DNA of 42,981 nucleotides from a virus. Positions 41,006 to 42,981 of this stretch are shown here, piece by piece (position 1 is the stretch's first letter; every line of letters begins with the position of its first letter). Both the position numbers and the translations under genes were made by a program. The stretch covers positions 1-42,981 of the IMG/VR virus record IMGVR_UViG_3300009537_000043; one strand, written 5' to 3'. The notes under the pieces are model-generated. The model did not search any database. It had not been told where the DNA came from and was given only the letters and a program-made list of their open reading frames with translations.

Positions 41006-41311
41006 ATGAGCGTCGAATATCTAAAGATTCACGGCCAACCATGTGACTGTCCTTTTTGCGGGGCGGAGCGGAAGCTGGCGGCGGAAGCTGCACCGGCGGG
41101 CTCTGATGCGGCGTGTGCGTCCTGCAAATACTTCGTGCCTAGCAAAGAGAACGAATTTAATGGAATCTGTCGCCGTAACCCACCCAGCGTCAAAGACCGC
41201 TTCGGCGTGGACTATTGGCCGACCGTCGGACGCGGAGCGTGGTGTGGTGAATACAAGCCTCAGAACGGCCCGGATCAGGGACGCCGGGCCAGCGACTCTA
41301 AAACTTTATGA
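41006..41311 (+). CDS. Cys-rich hypothetical protein (GC-rich island)
   Basis: CDCPFCG...CASCKYF...GICRR...WCGEY. It is preceded by the duplicated AACGAGAAAGG(C/T)CAGCG leader. An alternative-frame ORF (41043..41330) is judged less likely. Confidence 0.5.
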   Translation: MSVEYLKIHGQPCDCPFCGAERKLAAEAAPAGSDAACASCKYFVPSKENEFNGICRRNPPSVKDRFGVDYWPTVGRGAWCGEYKPQNGPDQGRRASDSKTL

Positions 41312-41517
41312 AACCTTCTCGAAAAACTGAAATCGCCAACCGGCGTTCGGTGCAGCCGGATTGTTCTACGGCGTCGAACTGCTTCACGCGAGACTGGCAC
41401 TGGACGCTTCGGAGCATGGAAATCTACGCCGGGCCGCTGTGCCGCCGATGTGGTGAGAGTGTCCCAAGTACCGATGGCCTCTGCGAAGAATGCGAGGTCG
41501 AAAGGCTGTATGACTAA
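41308..41517 (+). CDS. Small zinc-ribbon protein (GC-rich island)
   Basis: CRRCGE...CEECE. ATGA-coupled to the previous gene. Confidence 0.45.
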   Translation: MKPSRKTEIANRRSVQPDCSTASNCFTRDWHWTLRSMEIYAGPLCRRCGESVPSTDGLCEECEVERLYD

Positions 41518-41541
41518 GCCGCAGAACGAGAAAGGTCAGCG

Positions 41542-41850
41542 ATGAGACACAAAACAAATCGAGAACTATATGAACAGCTTGAGGCAATGAGTCCTGACCG
41601 AACTGCCAAGACCCAGCCGGGTTCTGGTGCAGCAAGTGGTTCGGAAGCACATCGCAAGGAAATGCTCAATGCTGCCCTGGACGATATAGGTCTGGCACTG
41701 GAGAAATTTGGGAAGACTTTCGGAACAGGAACAGGCGCGAAATACCTGGCGCGTGAAGAACTCAAGGACGCTCGGGACTTCCTAAAGGCCGTGCTTCCGA
41801 ACGATGGAACTCAGCGGCCCGGCACACCGGTAACTAAAATAACAAAATGA
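41542..41850 (+). CDS. Hypothetical protein (GC-rich island)
   Basis: 102-aa ORF preceded by the second copy of the duplicated leader. Confidence 0.5.
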   Translation: MRHKTNRELYEQLEAMSPDRTAKTQPGSGAASGSEAHRKEMLNAALDDIGLALEKFGKTFGTGTGAKYLAREELKDARDFLKAVLPNDGTQRPGTPVTKITK

Positions 41851-42185
41851 AATACTCGTCACATGAAGAACTAATGAAGAAATTGGAGAGCAAACCTATT
41901 GCTGAAGTAAGAGTATGCAAGGAGGGTGTAGAGAAGGAGGTAAAGGTTAAGATTCTCAATCCCAGGGAGTTCACACGTGATGAAGCTATACTTCACATAT
42001 TAGCATGCAACCGCAACTTGAAGCATCTTCTCCATTGGCAGATGACTTCGCGGGCAGTCCTTGTCTCCCTGTATTTGCAGGACAATATTACTGATGAGAT
42101 TTATGACTTCATAGACCAGATTATTGCAGATGGGGTTCTGATAAATCTTGATTGGAAACTTGATGCACCTGCAGTGGAGAACTGA
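41847..42185 (+). CDS. Hypothetical protein
   Basis: 112-aa ORF, ATGA-coupled. Confidence 0.5.
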   Translation: MKYSSHEELMKKLESKPIAEVRVCKEGVEKEVKVKILNPREFTRDEAILHILACNRNLKHLLHWQMTSRAVLVSLYLQDNITDEIYDFIDQIIADGVLINLDWKLDAPAVEN

Positions 42186-42258
42186 TTGCAGTCAAAAAAT
42201 TTTAACTTTATCCTTGATTCCAACGACGTTGTAAGTCATAGTAATCGTAGAATTTAAT

Positions 42259-42540
42259 ATGAATGTATTCAAACCTGATTCAAAAGTCAACAGGAGAGTG
42301 TTCACCTATCTTGGTGAACCCACTTTTGACCTTGAGCCACAAGGTCGAATCATCCTCAACACTATCCGGGAACTGAGTCCTGTTACACGGTATGAGCTAG
42401 TCATGGAACTCACCAAGAGACTTTCATCCGTGAGACCAGTTACCCAATCACTTTCCTATCATCAGAGATTATTAGAGCGATATCAATGTATCCTCGTCCA
42501 GGAATGGTGGGAAGCAAAGAAACTGCGGTATGCAGTTTAG
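42259..42540 (+). CDS. Hypothetical protein (possibly winged-helix-like, weak)
   Basis: 93-aa ORF. No firm motif. Confidence 0.45.
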   Translation: MNVFKPDSKVNRRVFTYLGEPTFDLEPQGRIILNTIRELSPVTRYELVMELTKRLSSVRPVTQSLSYHQRLLERYQCILVQEWWEAKKLRYAV

Positions 42541-42552
42541 AAAGAAGAACTA

Positions 42553-42942
42553 ATGACAACACCAGCAGCAGCAAACTTCTATCTCGCACAACATCTACTC
42601 GAACAAGAGGGCAAACCTTATGCCGTCTTTAATCCTCATAATAAACATGTTGAAACATTACCTGTTATCTTCGGATTTAATAACGGTGGGTCTAATGGTT
42701 GGTATAGGGCGTGCTTACTTGCAGAAGATGGCACACATCTAGGTGGCCACATCTGTTCGCACGAAGGTTACATGCGACACGACCTTGGTATCCTTGAAGG
42801 AACTCGTCCAGACAGGCACGAAGATTTTAAGAAACACTATCCGAATGGGTATCGTATGGCGTTTGTCTCGTTACACGAAGTGATGAATTGCAAACCTTTA
42901 CTGAAGGCGTTTGAACTAAACAAACTGAAAGAACCGAAATGA
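42553..42942 (+). CDS. Hypothetical protein. Its 3' end lies in the terminal overlap
   Basis: 129-aa ORF. The last 60 nt are duplicated at 1-60. Confidence 0.5.
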   Translation: MTTPAAANFYLAQHLLEQEGKPYAVFNPHNKHVETLPVIFGFNNGGSNGWYRACLLAEDGTHLGGHICSHEGYMRHDLGILEGTRPDRHEDFKKHYPNGYRMAFVSLHEVMNCKPLLKAFELNKLKEPK

Positions 42943-42981
42943 ACTACGAATACGAATGCACCAACTGTGGAGAGGAGATAA
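42883..42981. repeat. Terminal overlap, copy 2. It indicates circular closure or a short direct terminal repeat
   Basis: Exact 99-nt identity with 1-99. ORF 57..323 restarts at 42939. Confidence 0.95.

Noticed and set aside
41043-41330. 95-aa alternative-frame ORF in the GC-rich island
   Set aside because: It overlaps 41006..41311, which has the conserved duplicated leader and ATGA coupling to the next gene. Open alternative frames are expected in GC-rich DNA.

Overview
The window is one complete, circularly closing dsDNA phage genome. Positions 1-99 are identical to 42883-42981, so the unit length is 42,882 bp. The architecture is podovirus-like. One arm is on the + strand (36272 -> 42942, wrapping to 57 -> 12730). 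It carries early genes and the nucleotide-metabolism and replication genes: ATP-dependent ligase, MazG-like NTP pyrophosphatase, Tmk-like kinase, ThyA-family enzyme, dCMP deaminase, family A DNA polymerase, PD-(D/E)xK nuclease, AEP prim-pol, UvrD-like SF1 helicase and SNF2 helicase. The other arm is on the - strand (35769 -> 12794). It carries the late genes: small and large terminase, portal, scaffold, major capsid, adaptor and nozzle-like tail proteins, four internal (ejected) proteins, two fibre proteins and a membrane lipoprotein. I recognised no phage RNA polymerase, integrase, tRNA or CRISPR array. The most unusual parts are listed here. (1) A roughly 2.3 kb ORF-poor region with higher GC sits at the early/late divergence point (35770-38111). 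It holds two paralogous early genes of unknown function that bracket an array of CCTAGCAA direct repeats, a 31-nt exact repeat spaced 105 bp apart, an AT-rich tract closed by an 11-bp inverted repeat, and inverted nucleotide-level homology blocks that are not conserved in reading frame. (2) A four-gene pyrimidine module contains a ThyA homologue that looks cytosine-specific, like T4 gp42, which suggests modified dC in the virion DNA. (3) A conserved motif of about 30 nt occurs three times, with ACGGGCCA/GGCCAA repeats at gene-module junctions. (4) The internal-protein block carries GNAT acetyltransferase domains, and one large internal protein may also carry a kinase-like domain. All functional calls come from motifs read by eye and recalled family signatures. 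No database search was possible.
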